From positions 160,001 to 224,000 of the forward strand of contig CAWEXU010000004.1 in assembly GCA_963813075.1 (NCBI GenBank): a stretch of 64,000 nt of DNA, in the 5' to 3' direction. The first letter of the stretch is position 1; each line of letters starts with the position of its first letter. Under the pieces are notes generated by a model, which had not been told where the DNA came from, ran no database searches, and saw only the letters and a program-made list of their open reading frames with translations. Made by a program: the position numbers and the translations under genes. The DNA is from Methanotrichaceae archaeon. Lineage in GTDB: Archaea > Halobacteriota > Methanosarcinia > Methanotrichales > Methanotrichaceae. Below, piece after piece: positions 1-13,931 of this stretch.

Positions 1-763
1 AATTCACTAAAACCCGTCCATCGTCCTCACCCAGCTCGCAGGATTCGCTGGCCATAAAGCCATCACCCTTCCGCCTCATCTCGCAGACTATCTTGCCATC
101 CACGATCCTCAATATGCGGTCGGTCTTCTCCGCCAGGGTCATGTCATGGGTCACCAGGATGAATGTCTGGTTGATCTTTTGGTTCAGCTCCCGGAGCAGG
201 TTGTATATCAGCTCAGATGATTTCGTGTCCAGGTTGCCGGTCAGCTCATCGCCTATAACGATGGAGGGACTGTTGGCCAGGGCCCTGGCCACTGCCACCC
301 GCTGGTTCTGGCCGCCGGAGAGCTGATTGGGCCGGCTGTGCAATCGGTCCCCCAGGCCGACGGCAAAAAGAAGCTCCTCCGCCTGCTTATGGGCCTCGGC
401 CTTGCTCTTGTTGGCGATGAGCATGGGCATCATCACATTCTCCACCGCGGTGAACTCCGGGATCAGATGGTGGTATTGAAAGACGAATCCAAGCTCCTGG
501 TTTCGCAGGCGGGCGCGCTCATCCGCACTGGCGCGACTGACATCGATCCCCTTGAGATAGATATGGCCGGAAGTTGGGGTATCCAACAGGCCGATCATAT
601 TGAGCAGGGTGCTCTTGCCGCTGCCGCTTGGGCCGACGATGGCCACGAACTCACCGGCCTTGATCCTCACGCTGACCCCGTCCAGGGCGCGGACCTCCAC
701 CCCGTTTCCATAGATCTTGGACAGATCCTTTAGCACAATTATGTCATCATCCCTGTTATTCAC
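1..763 (-). CDS. ABC transporter ATP-binding protein (LolD/MacB-type), 3' end runs off the window
   Basis: Manual minus-strand translation from GTG at 763: Walker A GPSGSGKST, signature LSGGQNQR, DELTGNLD, H-loop ILVTHD; no stop before base 1, so absent from the ORF track. Confidence 0.9.
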   Translation of the reverse strand, partial: MNNRDDDIIVLKDLSKIYGNGVEVRALDGVSVRIKAGEFVAIVGPSGSGKSTLLNMIGLLDTPTSGHIYLKGIDVSRASADERARLRNQELGFVFQYHHLIPEFTAVENVMMPMLIANKSKAEAHKQAEELLFAVGLGDRLHSRPNQLSGGQNQRVAVARALANSPSIVIGDELTGNLDTKSSELIYNLLRELNQKINQTFILVTHDMTLAEKTDRILRIVDGKIVCEMRRKGDGFMASESCELGEDDGRVLVN

Positions 764-1914
764 TGCCAATCGCCTCCACCGGGTCCAGCCGTGCCGCTGA
801 ATATGCTGGATACAGCCCGGAGATGAAGTTTAGGGAAAGGGCAAAGAGCAGGGCAATGGCAATGTACTCCGGCCTGGCGGCAATAGAGACTCCACTTCCC
901 GCTGCTGCGCTGGTCACATTCAGGGGTAGAATGGTTATCGCCCATGGCGGCAGCATAGCCTAAGATTGCCCCCAGGACTCCTGCCGGGATGCTGATGAGC
1001 ATGTTCTCCAGCAAGAATATCATCAGTACAGAGCGCCTTTTCGCCCCCATGGCCATAAGTATCCCTATCTCCCGCCTCCGTTTGCTCACCACCATTATCG
1101 TCGTATTGGCTATGACGAAGGCTGATATTAAAAGTATGAACATGTAGAAGAGAATGTTGGTTACGCCCTGGTTTCCCACGAACCTGGCGATCTCCTGGCT
1201 GAAGTCCTGCCAGCTGGTGGCCCTGTACGGGCTGATATCATTCAGCTCCCGGGCCAATGCCGGGGCTCTGGTGTAGTCCTCAAGCTTCACCCCGATTTCA
1301 GTTACCACATCCCCCTCACCCGCCAGATCCTGGGCAGCCTTCAGGGATAGATAGACCAGGCTCTCGTCCTTGACCGTACCCTTTTCTATTATGCCGATGG
1401 CCTTCAGCCGGACGGTCTCGTTTTTCAGGTAGAGATAGAAGTCTCCGCCCTGGCGAATGCCAAGATTCCGGGCCAGCTTGATCCCAATAAATGCCCCTTT
1501 GTTATTGAATCTGAGGTCGGAGAAGTCCCCAGAGACCGCTGACTCCTGAATTTTCATTAAATTTTCCTCCCGCCCGGGAAGGACGCCCACAAACTCCACC
1601 GATTGCACATTGTCCTGGAAACGGGCCGCACCCTGCCCCACCAACCTGGGGGAGACGGCATCTACACCGGGATAGGATTCCACCTGATCGGACAGGGTGC
1701 GGTACATGTTGATGTAGCTCTCGCTCTCTTTGGGGCCGATCAAAAGATGTGGATTCTTGTTCACAGTGTTCTCGATGATCTGGCTGCTCACGCTCTCAGT
1801 CAGCCCCAGGGACATGATGATAATTGCCACCGCAATTGCAACTGAGATCAGGGTGAAGGCCGTCCCTCTTCGATTGCTCACTATATGCCGCAGGGCAACA
1901 TCCAGCTCGAACAT
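756..1914 (-). CDS. ABC transporter permease (LolC/E-FtsX type), frameshift near 945
   Basis: ORF 760..1914 has the REIGILMAMGA motif; the canonical C-terminus GLYPAYSAARLDPVEAI is in the overlapping frame 756..956. Confidence 0.88.
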
Positions 1915-1932
1915 ATCTTGATCAGCCCCGCA

Positions 1933-3144
1933 CTATCCCCCTCTCAGGGCGATGACCGGATCGATTCGGGAGGCTTTTTTAGCCGGATAAAGCGCAGCCA
2001 CGATGCTAAGAGCCACCACCAGGAGATTTAAAAGGAGAATATCCCCGGGGTTCAGGATGAGGGGAAGGGTGGTGATCACGCTCCCTCCGGCGGCAACTTC
2101 AAAGGGGACCCGTCCCAGATAGTAAACGCCCAAAAGGCCCACCGCAGATCCTGCAGCCGCCCCCACCAGACCCAGGAGGGCACTCTCCGCCAGAAAGATG
2201 TTGCGGATGTCCTTTCGCCTCGCTCCCATGGCCATGAGCATGCCGATCTCTTTGGTCTTCTCCACCACCATCAGGTTCATGATGCTGGCCACGCCGAAGA
2301 ATGCCACCACCATGAATAGCAGTATGGAAAGCCTGGTCCAGAACCCGCCGATGTTTATCGCCCGCGTGATCTCCGGGTTTTTCTCCTCCCAGCTTCTGGC
2401 GTTGTACCCCCAGGAGGATATCACATCGGCCAGGCTCCGTGACTCGCGGATGTCATCCAGGCTTATCTCCAGGGCATTTATCACATCCCCCTCATCTTTG
2501 AAGTTGCGGGCGGTATCTAAAGAGACAAATGCCACCAGTTCGTCCAGAGGGGTGCCGGTCTGGAAGATCGCCGCCACCACCAGGTCGACGCTGCGGGACC
2601 TGGGAAATGTGGCCGAGATCCTGTCCCCGAGCTTCAGGTCCAGATCCTCAGCCAGCGTCACCCCAATCGCCGCATTTCGGTCCAGCTCTACGCTTACGAA
2701 ATCACCTTCGACCAGTGAGCCCTGGATTTTGTATATCCGGTCTATATCCAGAGGGTCAGAGCCTTTCAAGAGGGCGTTTTTGGTCTTATCCTTGCGGGAG
2801 AGAGTGGCCGGGGTGGAGAGGGAGGCGGCAGCGGACCTCAGGCCCGGCTGGGAGGCGATCCGGTCGGTGAGGCTGCCATAGAGGTGGATGAAGTCTTCTC
2901 CCTCCCTGGGCTCGACCACCACATGAGGCAGTTTCTCCTCCACCAGACCGGTGAGTATCTGCTGCTGGCCGGTGATAAGTGAGGAGAAGATGACGGAGAT
3001 GCTCACCGCCAGGCCCACCGCTAAAACGGAAAGGAACGTCTGCCGCCTTCTGCGCATCACATGCCGCAGAGCTATGGTCAGAGGAAGAGACTTCAGGAGG
3101 CCGAGAATATTCAGATCCATCTTTGAGATCCATGATAAGATCAT
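1933..3144 (-). CDS. ABC transporter permease (LolC/E-FtsX type)
   Basis: KEIGMLMAMGA and LYPAKKASRIDPVIALR motifs; true start may be ATG at 3120. Confidence 0.9.
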   Translation of the reverse strand: MILSWISKMDLNILGLLKSLPLTIALRHVMRRRRQTFLSVLAVGLAVSISVIFSSLITGQQQILTGLVEEKLPHVVVEPREGEDFIHLYGSLTDRIASQPGLRSAAASLSTPATLSRKDKTKNALLKGSDPLDIDRIYKIQGSLVEGDFVSVELDRNAAIGVTLAEDLDLKLGDRISATFPRSRSVDLVVAAIFQTGTPLDELVAFVSLDTARNFKDEGDVINALEISLDDIRESRSLADVISSWGYNARSWEEKNPEITRAINIGGFWTRLSILLFMVVAFFGVASIMNLMVVEKTKEIGMLMAMGARRKDIRNIFLAESALLGLVGAAAGSAVGLLGVYYLGRVPFEVAAGGSVITTLPLILNPGDILLLNLLVVALSIVAALYPAKKASRIDPVIALRGG

Positions 3145-3228
3145 TCCGATCCATTTAGACCTGACGCTAATGGATAAAATATTTAAAGAAACTTCCCAAT
3201 CCTGGTTCAGAACTTGTTGAGGGGCATT

Positions 3229-3681
3229 ATGGTCTTAGAAAGGGTCAGGTCGGCAGCAATCTTATTCATCCTGCTTGCGTTTCTCTGTGCGCAAACCTCC
3301 GGGGTTGAGAACAAGACAGCATACACCCGCGATGGGGTGCACTTTGTGAGCAAAGAGAGGATGGAGGAGAACATATTATATGAGTACGCCCAGCCGGGCG
3401 ACTATCGTAGTGTCCAGGTCCCACTGGATACATTAGTCGTCGGTGCATCGGTCATACCGGAGTGGTTGGAAGAAGAAGAAGAGGAAGAAAAGGAGCAGGA
3501 GGCGAAGGAGAATGAAACGGACGAGGGCGAAGATTCTCCTGATGCCGAAGAGGATGCTTCAAAATATCCCTATGCCGCGATTGGCGTTGGACTGCTACTG
3601 ATCGTGGGCCTGGTTGCACTGGTGGCCTGGACTAAAAGCCGTAAAAGCCGGCGGGGCCGCCGAAAGCTCAGGCGAAGGTAA
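3229..3681 (+). CDS. Hypothetical membrane-anchored protein
   Basis: N-terminal hydrophobic signal, poly-Glu acidic linker, C-terminal TM helix followed by Lys/Arg tail; 5 bp before the peptidase gene. Confidence 0.7.
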   Translation: MVLERVRSAAILFILLAFLCAQTSGVENKTAYTRDGVHFVSKERMEENILYEYAQPGDYRSVQVPLDTLVVGASVIPEWLEEEEEEEKEQEAKENETDEGEDSPDAEEDASKYPYAAIGVGLLLIVGLVALVAWTKSRKSRRGRRKLRRR

Positions 3682-3686
3682 AGATC

Positions 3687-5813
3687 ATGGCCAATGGGCT
3701 CAGGGCGGAATTGATAATTTTTTTAGTTTTAGCACTGCAAGGCTTTGGGGATCTGATAGCAGTAGAGGACGGGCTTTCCAGCAGGGATGCAGGCGAAGTC
3801 AGCTACCAGGTCATCCCCCGCGAGGTCCTTTTCGGCACCCCGGAGAGGGTCGGGGTCCTGATCAGCCCGGATGGCAACTGGCTCAGCTATCTTTCGGCAG
3901 AGAGCGGATACTTCAACATCTGGATCGCTCCTGTGAACAGAACCCTCTCCTCTTCTGATGAGGGTCGGATATCAAAATCCAATAAATCGAATATATCTCG
4001 GGTGGAGCTATCTGGAGCAAGACCGATCACCAATGAGACCATTCGAGGGGTTGAAAGCTATTTTTGGGCCAACGACGGTCGCCATATAGTCTTTTGTCGG
4101 GACACCTTTGGCGATGAGAACTGGCATATCTACTCGTTGGACATAACAACCGGCGAGAAGCTGGACCTGACACCTTTTGATAATGTCAGCTCATATGTGC
4201 AGGCAGCGAGCAGTCAGATTCCAGGAGAGGTCCTGATTGGTCTTAACAACAGGAACCGGTCTTACCACGACCTGTACCTGATAAACATCACCACTGGAAA
4301 GAGGAACCTGATTCTGAGGAATGATCATTTTGCGGGATTCCTGGTCGACGACGACCTGGAAGTGAGGTTGGCCATAAATGTTACGATGGACGGAATGGAA
4401 TACCTGGAGCCTGCCGGCAATGGCTCCTGGACGCCTTTCATGAAGATCGATTACCAGGATAGCGCCACCACCTTCCCCCTGGGATTCGACCGGACGGGAA
4501 ACGTCCTTTATATGTCTGAGGGCCGGGAGAGAAATACTGCAGCACTGCTGGCCAGGGATCTCTTAACGGGAAATACAGAAATCCTGGCCCAGGACCCCAG
4601 ATCCAACCCGGGCCCCACCCTGATTCACCCCAACGATCTTACCGTTCAGGCGGTGAACTTCAACTATTACCGCCATAACTGGACGGTCCTTGACGAATCC
4701 ATCCGCCCTGACCTGGAATATCTGCACCAGCTTGATCCTGGTGACCTGGTGGTGCCCTCTCGCTCATTAGACGACAGCATCTGGATTGCCGGCTTCATAA
4801 GCGATATTGCTCCGGCCAGGTATTATCTGTACGACCGGAGAGCGAAATCCGCCGAGCTTCTCTTCAGCGCTAATAAAGTGCAAGAGAGGCTGGCTCTTTC
4901 GAAGATGCATTGCGCAACCATAAAGTCCCGCGACGGCCTGGACCTGGTCAGCTACTATACCCTCCCACCCTGGGCAGATGAAGACGGCGACGGAATACCA
5001 AATGAGCCACTTCCTATGGTGCTGTGCGTTCACGGCGGACCCTGGGAGAGGGACTCCTGGGGGTTTGACCAAACCCATCAGCTACTGGCCAACCGGGGTT
5101 ATGTAGCCCTCAGCGTGAACTTCCGGGGCTCCTCTGGATTTGGTAAAGACTTCATCAATGCCGGGGATGGAGAATGGGGCAGAAAGATGGAAGACGACCT
5201 TTTAGATGCTGTCCGCTGGTCGACGGAGAACGGGATCGCAGATCCGGAGCGGATCGCCATACTGGGGCTCAGCTACGGCGGTTATGCTACCCTTTCCGCA
5301 CTGGCCAATTCAGGTGATTTATTCGCATGCGGAGTTGATATCTGCGGCCCCTCCAATCTCACCTCGTTTCTCCTTTCCCTGCCCGACTACTGGAAGCCAA
5401 GTTTGGAGGTCAAGCTCAGGAGGATTGGCGACTACAGAACCGAGGAGGGCAGAAGGCTGCTGGATGAAATTTCCCCCCTCAACCGGGCGGATCGGATCGA
5501 AAAGCCTATATTGATAGCGCAGGGGGCAAACGATCCGCGGGTGAATAAGAATGAGTCCGAACAGATCGTCCGCGCCCTGGAAGAGAAAGGCGTCCCGGTG
5601 ACTTATGCCCTCTTTCCGGACGAGGGACACGGTCTTGTCCAGCCGGGGAACGGCCTGGCCTTTTACGCCATCACCGAGGCATTCCTGGCTGAGCACCTGG
5701 GGGGAAGATACGAATCCATAGGCACGGCCCTGAACGGCTCATCCATCACCGTCCCCGTTGGAGCGGATCAGATACCGGGCCTGGCTCAGGCTTTAGCTTA
5801 TAAAACCTCATAA
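3687..5813 (+). CDS. S9 family (prolyl oligopeptidase/acylaminoacyl) peptidase, likely secreted
   Basis: VHGGPW, GLSYGG nucleophile motif, GANDPRV (Asp), DEGH (His), N-terminal propeller region and signal-like N-terminus. Confidence 0.93.
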   Translation: MANGLRAELIIFLVLALQGFGDLIAVEDGLSSRDAGEVSYQVIPREVLFGTPERVGVLISPDGNWLSYLSAESGYFNIWIAPVNRTLSSSDEGRISKSNKSNISRVELSGARPITNETIRGVESYFWANDGRHIVFCRDTFGDENWHIYSLDITTGEKLDLTPFDNVSSYVQAASSQIPGEVLIGLNNRNRSYHDLYLINITTGKRNLILRNDHFAGFLVDDDLEVRLAINVTMDGMEYLEPAGNGSWTPFMKIDYQDSATTFPLGFDRTGNVLYMSEGRERNTAALLARDLLTGNTEILAQDPRSNPGPTLIHPNDLTVQAVNFNYYRHNWTVLDESIRPDLEYLHQLDPGDLVVPSRSLDDSIWIAGFISDIAPARYYLYDRRAKSAELLFSANKVQERLALSKMHCATIKSRDGLDLVSYYTLPPWADEDGDGIPNEPLPMVLCVHGGPWERDSWGFDQTHQLLANRGYVALSVNFRGSSGFGKDFINAGDGEWGRKMEDDLLDAVRWSTENGIADPERIAILGLSYGGYATLSALANSGDLFACGVDICGPSNLTSFLLSLPDYWKPSLEVKLRRIGDYRTEEGRRLLDEISPLNRADRIEKPILIAQGANDPRVNKNESEQIVRALEEKGVPVTYALFPDEGHGLVQPGNGLAFYAITEAFLAEHLGGRYESIGTALNGSSITVPVGADQIPGLAQALAYKTS

Positions 5814-5844
5814 TCCCGATCTTGACGGAGGAGTCGGTGCATTT

Positions 5845-6452
5845 TCAGCCTTTGAGAAAGACCGCTTCCACCTGGCTTCGAAGAAGCTCGACCCCCCTCA
5901 CCCTCATCTTCCAGCGGACACTTTTGATTGAGGCTGGCACCAGGGGGTAGAATAGCTCTATTGTCTCCGATTCTGTGAAGTAGTGGGTGATAACTCCCGC
6001 CCCCCGCAGAAATGTTGACTCCTCCACCTCCTGGCCGGTACCCATGCGCATATCATCCCTGGCAAACTCCCGGAAAAACAGCCTTCCACCAGGTTTGAGC
6101 ACTCTTGATACCTCGCCGGCCAGTGCCCTGCGCCCGGAAAGGTAAAGGTGACCGGCCACATGATAGGCGAACACGCCTTCGAAGCTATCGCTTTTGAAAG
6201 GGCAACCTTTTTGCATCGGCCAGGACCGGATCGGAATGGGAAAGGGATCGATTGCACAATTGCAGAGCAGGGAGGGATATGTCCAGGGCAGCGACCCTCC
6301 AGCTTCCGAGGCATAGCGGAGAGGGTCTTGCCGTCTCCGCAGCCAAGCTCCAGGACCCGGGAACCCGCGGGCAGGTCGGGCAGGTTGCGAACACCGCCCC
6401 CCCACAGCCGACCGCGGCGGGAGTAGTCACTATCCCAGGCCTTTATGGTCAT
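5845..6452 (-). CDS. Class I SAM-dependent methyltransferase, two frameshifts (about 6310 and 6198)
   Basis: VLELGCGDG, VAALDIS...LADAKRLPF and RVLKPGG motifs lie in three successive reading frames. Confidence 0.8.
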
Positions 6453-6542
6453 GTTCACCTGGCAGATCATCCCAAAAAACAGATTATATAGGCGCTATGC
6501 ACCAGATTTGGCCAGCGCCTATCCACTTCAATATGTAGCCGA

Positions 6543-7100
6543 TTATCTTGCCGCTTTGGCCACGCGCTCCACGCTGTCCTTGTGGTTTATGGCGTAGCTC
6601 TTGACATCGCGGTTGGCTGCCGCGATGATCTCATCGGCTAAAGCCGCCTTTGCCGTCTTGGTTTTCTTGAATGAGGCAGCATGAGCGCCCTTGGCGATGA
6701 ACATCAGAGCGGTGTCCACCCTCCTCTGGGGCGCGGTGTCCACTGCTTTGGGCACGGTTATGCCGCCGTACTTGAGACGGACGACCTCTTCCCGCGGCCC
6801 GGCGTTGGCAATGGCCTGGCCCAGAACGGTAAGGGGGTTCTCCTTGGTCCTCTTGGCGATGATATCGAACGCCCCTTCCACTATGGCATAAGCCTTGAGC
6901 TTCTTGCCGGTGTTCTTCTCCTTGCGCATCATCTTATTGACCAGGCGCTCGACGATATGCTGCTCGGACTTCTTGAACTGCTGCTTGGCATGCTTTCCGC
7001 CGGAGTGCACGACCGCTTTTGGCGTGAGGTTCATATATCCTCTCACTCCGGGATCCAGGACCTCGGTCTCAATATTTTCCCATTTGCCGAATAACTTCAT
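6543..7100 (-). CDS. rps7: 30S ribosomal protein S7 (uS7)
   Basis: MKLFGKW...[11 protein letters not shown]...ERVAKAAR; second half of the artefactually fused ORF 6543..7535. Confidence 0.96.
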   Translation of the reverse strand: MKLFGKWENIETEVLDPGVRGYMNLTPKAVVHSGGKHAKQQFKKSEQHIVERLVNKMMRKEKNTGKKLKAYAIVEGAFDIIAKRTKENPLTVLGQAIANAGPREEVVRLKYGGITVPKAVDTAPQRRVDTALMFIAKGAHAASFKKTKTAKAALADEIIAAANRDVKSYAINHKDSVERVAKAAR

Positions 7101-7105
7101 GTCGA

Positions 7106-7535
7106 TCACCTCACCGGCTTCTCTTTTCTGCCCCGCACAAGCTCCTGCTAGGGATACGTTATTGACAGCGATGACCTTGAATCTGACTCCAGGGATATCT
7201 CCCATGGACCGGCCCTGACGCCCACCGATGCGGTCTACCAGGACCTCATCGTGCTCATCTATGAATCCGATGGCTCCATCGCCCGGGGCAAAGGCCGTAA
7301 CCTGACGGCCGTTCTTGATCAGCTGAATGCGCACTGCCTTTCTTATGGCCGAGTTGGGCTGTTTGGCCTCAATTCCGACCTTCTCCAGGACAATACCCCT
7401 TCCCATGGGCGCTCCACCCAGGGGGTCAGCCTTCATCTTGCTCCCTGACATCCTGCGGATAAACTTGGGATGGCTCCACCTCATTGTCTTCCTATCACTC
7501 TCCAGTTTCCTGGCTGCATAGATTCCATTTCCCAT
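7106..7535 (-). CDS. rps12: 30S ribosomal protein S12 (uS12), +1 frameshift near 7149
   Basis: [11 protein letters not shown] and [10 protein letters not shown]; removing one base restores the end [16 protein letters not shown] at 7106. Confidence 0.95.
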
Positions 7536-7583
7536 TCATTTCACCTTGAATAAATCATGATCTGCCACTGAAATCGGGTTCCG

Positions 7584-8015
7584 TCATTGAATTATGATAT
7601 CATCAACGCCATGGTGCCTCTGTGCAAGCATCTTGGCTTTAAGTATGTTGCGACCATCCCTGCCGATGGCAATGCCCTTGTCCTTATTTGCTACCTCTAC
7701 ATAAGCCAATCGCTTACTATTCTTGTTCACGACCATGACGTTCTTGATGGCCGCGGGCTGGAAGAGGTTCTCCAGGAACTCTTTGACGTCCTCGCTATAC
7801 TCCACGATCTCGATCTGCTTGCCGACCGATTTCTTGACCCGGTTGATGTTCGAGCCCTTCCGGCCTATGGCCGCGCCCATATCCCCTTTTTTGATGACGA
7901 AGATGATCCGCTCGTTCTCTTCGTCTACCACACAGTCCCTTGCCATGCCTCCGGTGAGGCTTTCAAACAGGGCTATATACCTGATTCCTTCGGTGGTGAG
8001 CTTGAACTCACTCAT
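7584..8015 (-). CDS. nusA: Archaeal NusA (two KH domains)
   Basis: GAAIGRKG and GIAIGRDG KH motifs; conserved position in the rpo operon. Confidence 0.95.
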   Translation of the reverse strand: MSEFKLTTEGIRYIALFESLTGGMARDCVVDEENERIIFVIKKGDMGAAIGRKGSNINRVKKSVGKQIEIVEYSEDVKEFLENLFQPAAIKNVMVVNKNSKRLAYVEVANKDKGIAIGRDGRNILKAKMLAQRHHGVDDIIIQ

Positions 8016-8320
8016 GCCTCAACACCCCGGATCTCGCGCTGCAGTGCCATTATCTCCGAGTCGCCTGGCTCGATGATGGCCAACGCAGCCACGGAGAAAG
8101 GTTTTCCGCAGGCAGATCCGAGGTCCTTGCCCATGCCCTGATAACCGTAGACCGGCAGGTCCATGGTCTCCAGTTGCATCCGCACGTCTGCAGGGCAATC
8201 CAGGGCATAAACTATGAGTTTTGCCTGTCCGCTAACTCCTGCTTCAATGGTACTATTCGATCCTAGCATCACATTTCCGGTTCTGATGGAACTTCTTAAC
8301 GCTCTATCTACATTGATCAT
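8012..8320 (-). CDS. rpl30e: 50S ribosomal protein L30e
   Basis: TGNVMLG, LGSACGKPFSVAALAI; between rpoA'' and nusA. Confidence 0.95.
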   Translation of the reverse strand: MINVDRALRSSIRTGNVMLGSNSTIEAGVSGQAKLIVYALDCPADVRMQLETMDLPVYGYQGMGKDLGSACGKPFSVAALAIIEPGDSEIMALQREIRGVEA

Positions 8321-8325
8321 CGTTA

Positions 8326-12092
<3,767 letters not shown>

Positions 12093-12100
12093 ATTTACTC

Positions 12101-13931
12101 CTAAACAGCGTCTTCCAGGATCAGTCGTGGCGCTACACCAAGCGATTTGATCTCATCCAAGAGGAGCTTGAAGGCATAGCTCATCTCCACCGGATAGATC
12201 TCCGTGTCTGCTCCGCAGGTCGGGCAGAAGTCCGCATTTCTCCGCCGGTCGTGAATGGCGATCATGCCGCAATGGCTGCAGACGAGCTCTGTGACCTTGT
12301 CCGATTCGTCCACCAGACGCTCCTTGAGCGCCAGAGCGGCTCCATGGGCGATGAGAACATCCCTCTCCATCTCGCCGAACCTCAGGCCTCCTTCCCTCGC
12401 CCGGCCTTCTGTCGGCTGGCGGGTGAGTACCTGCACCGGCCCTCGGGAGCGGGCGTGCATCTTGCCTGTGACCATGTGGTAGAGCTTCTGATAGAGGATC
12501 ACTCCCACGAAGAGGTCGGCCATGATCTGCTCTCCTGTAGCTCCATTGTACAGTATCTCCCTGCCGGTATGGGAGAATCCGAACTTCATAAGGGCAGAGC
12601 GGAGTTCCGGCTCGTTCTCTCCTAAGAATGCCGTGGCATCGATGAACCTCCCATCCAGGGAGCCGACCTTGCCGCCGATCATCTCCAGGACGTGGCCCAC
12701 AGTCATCCGGGAGGGGATGGCATGGGGGTTTAGCAAGAGGTCCGGCACTACGCCCGATTCGGTGAAGGGCATATCCTCCTGGGGAACGATCAGGCCCACC
12801 ACACCCTTCTGGCCGTGGCGGGAGGCGAACTTGTCGCCCAATTCCGGGATTCGCTGGTCGCGGCTCTTGACCTTGGCCAGGCGGTTGCCGTTGGAGGATT
12901 CGGTCAGGATGACCATATCCACCACCCCTTTCTCATTGGAGCGCATGGTCACCGAGGTCTCTCTTCTCTGCTGGGGGGTCAGGCCGAACTCCGAGGGCTC
13001 TTCCAGAAACCGGGGTGGGCTGGTCTTGCCGATCAGAACGTCGTTGGGACCCACATAGGCATTGGGGTTGACCAGGCCGTCTGAGTCAAGCTGGTCATAG
13101 GCCTCGCTACCTCTCGCTCCCCGGACCTCAACATCCGGGATCTCGAACTTGTCCTCCTGGCCGCCGGGATACTTGCGCTCCTCTGCCTCCGAGACCCGGA
13201 AGAAGTGGCTGCGAGCCAGTCCGCGCTGGATTGAGCCCCGGTTCATGACCAGAGCATCCTCAATGTTATATCCCTCGTAAGCCAGGACTGCCACCACGAA
13301 GTTCTGGCCGGCAGGCCTCTCGTCAAAGCCTATGGCCTTGGAGGTCTTCGTCCGCACTATGGCCTTCTGGGGGCTGTTGAGGTAATGGCCCCGGGTATCA
13401 GGGCCGGAGCCTCATGTTGGCGGTGGACATGCCCAGGCACTGCTTGACCATCCCTGCTCCCATGGTGTTCCTGGGGCTGGCGTTGTGCTCGGGGTAGGGA
13501 ACCAGGCCGGCGGCGATTCCCAGGATCATGGATGGATCGAGCTCCAGGTGGGTGTGATCAGGGGTGATGTCCTCCTCCCAGATGGCAATGAGGCTGTTTT
13601 CCTCCTCCTCTGCGTCCAGGTATTCCACCAGGCCTCCTGAAACCAGATCGGCAAATGTCATCTCTCCTCTCAGGATCTTGTTGACATGCTCTTCGGTGAC
13701 CCGAGCCCGGCCATCCTCGACCACGATCAGAGGCCTCCGAGCCCGGCCGGAGTCGGTGTTCATGAAGATCTCGCCGGTGTCCTCGAAATAGGCCACGTTT
13801 GTCTGGCTGTTGATGCTCCCCGAGCGCCGGAGGCGGCGGAGGTTCTCGATCAGAGTCTTGGGGTCATCATGATAGCCCACTATCTCGCCGTTCACATATA
13901 CTCTGGCGCCGCCAGTCTGTACTTCAGCCAA
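12101..13931 (-). CDS. rpoB1: RNA polymerase subunit B' (Rpo2C), +1 frameshift near 13401
   Basis: ORFs 13398..13940 and 12101..13357 join as [22 protein letters not shown] when one base is removed; [23 protein letters not shown]. Confidence 0.97.

Noticed and set aside
6543..7535. Apparent S12-S7 fusion protein (330 aa)
   Set aside because: One extra base near 7149 causes read-through; the normal S12 end and stop (7106) and an rps7 start with GAGGTGA RBS are present
13357..13400. Apparent extra split of RNA polymerase B' (and of PolB near 37395)
   Set aside because: Continuous homologous sequence across a single-base indel; matches the window-wide error pattern; no intein or slippery heptamer seen
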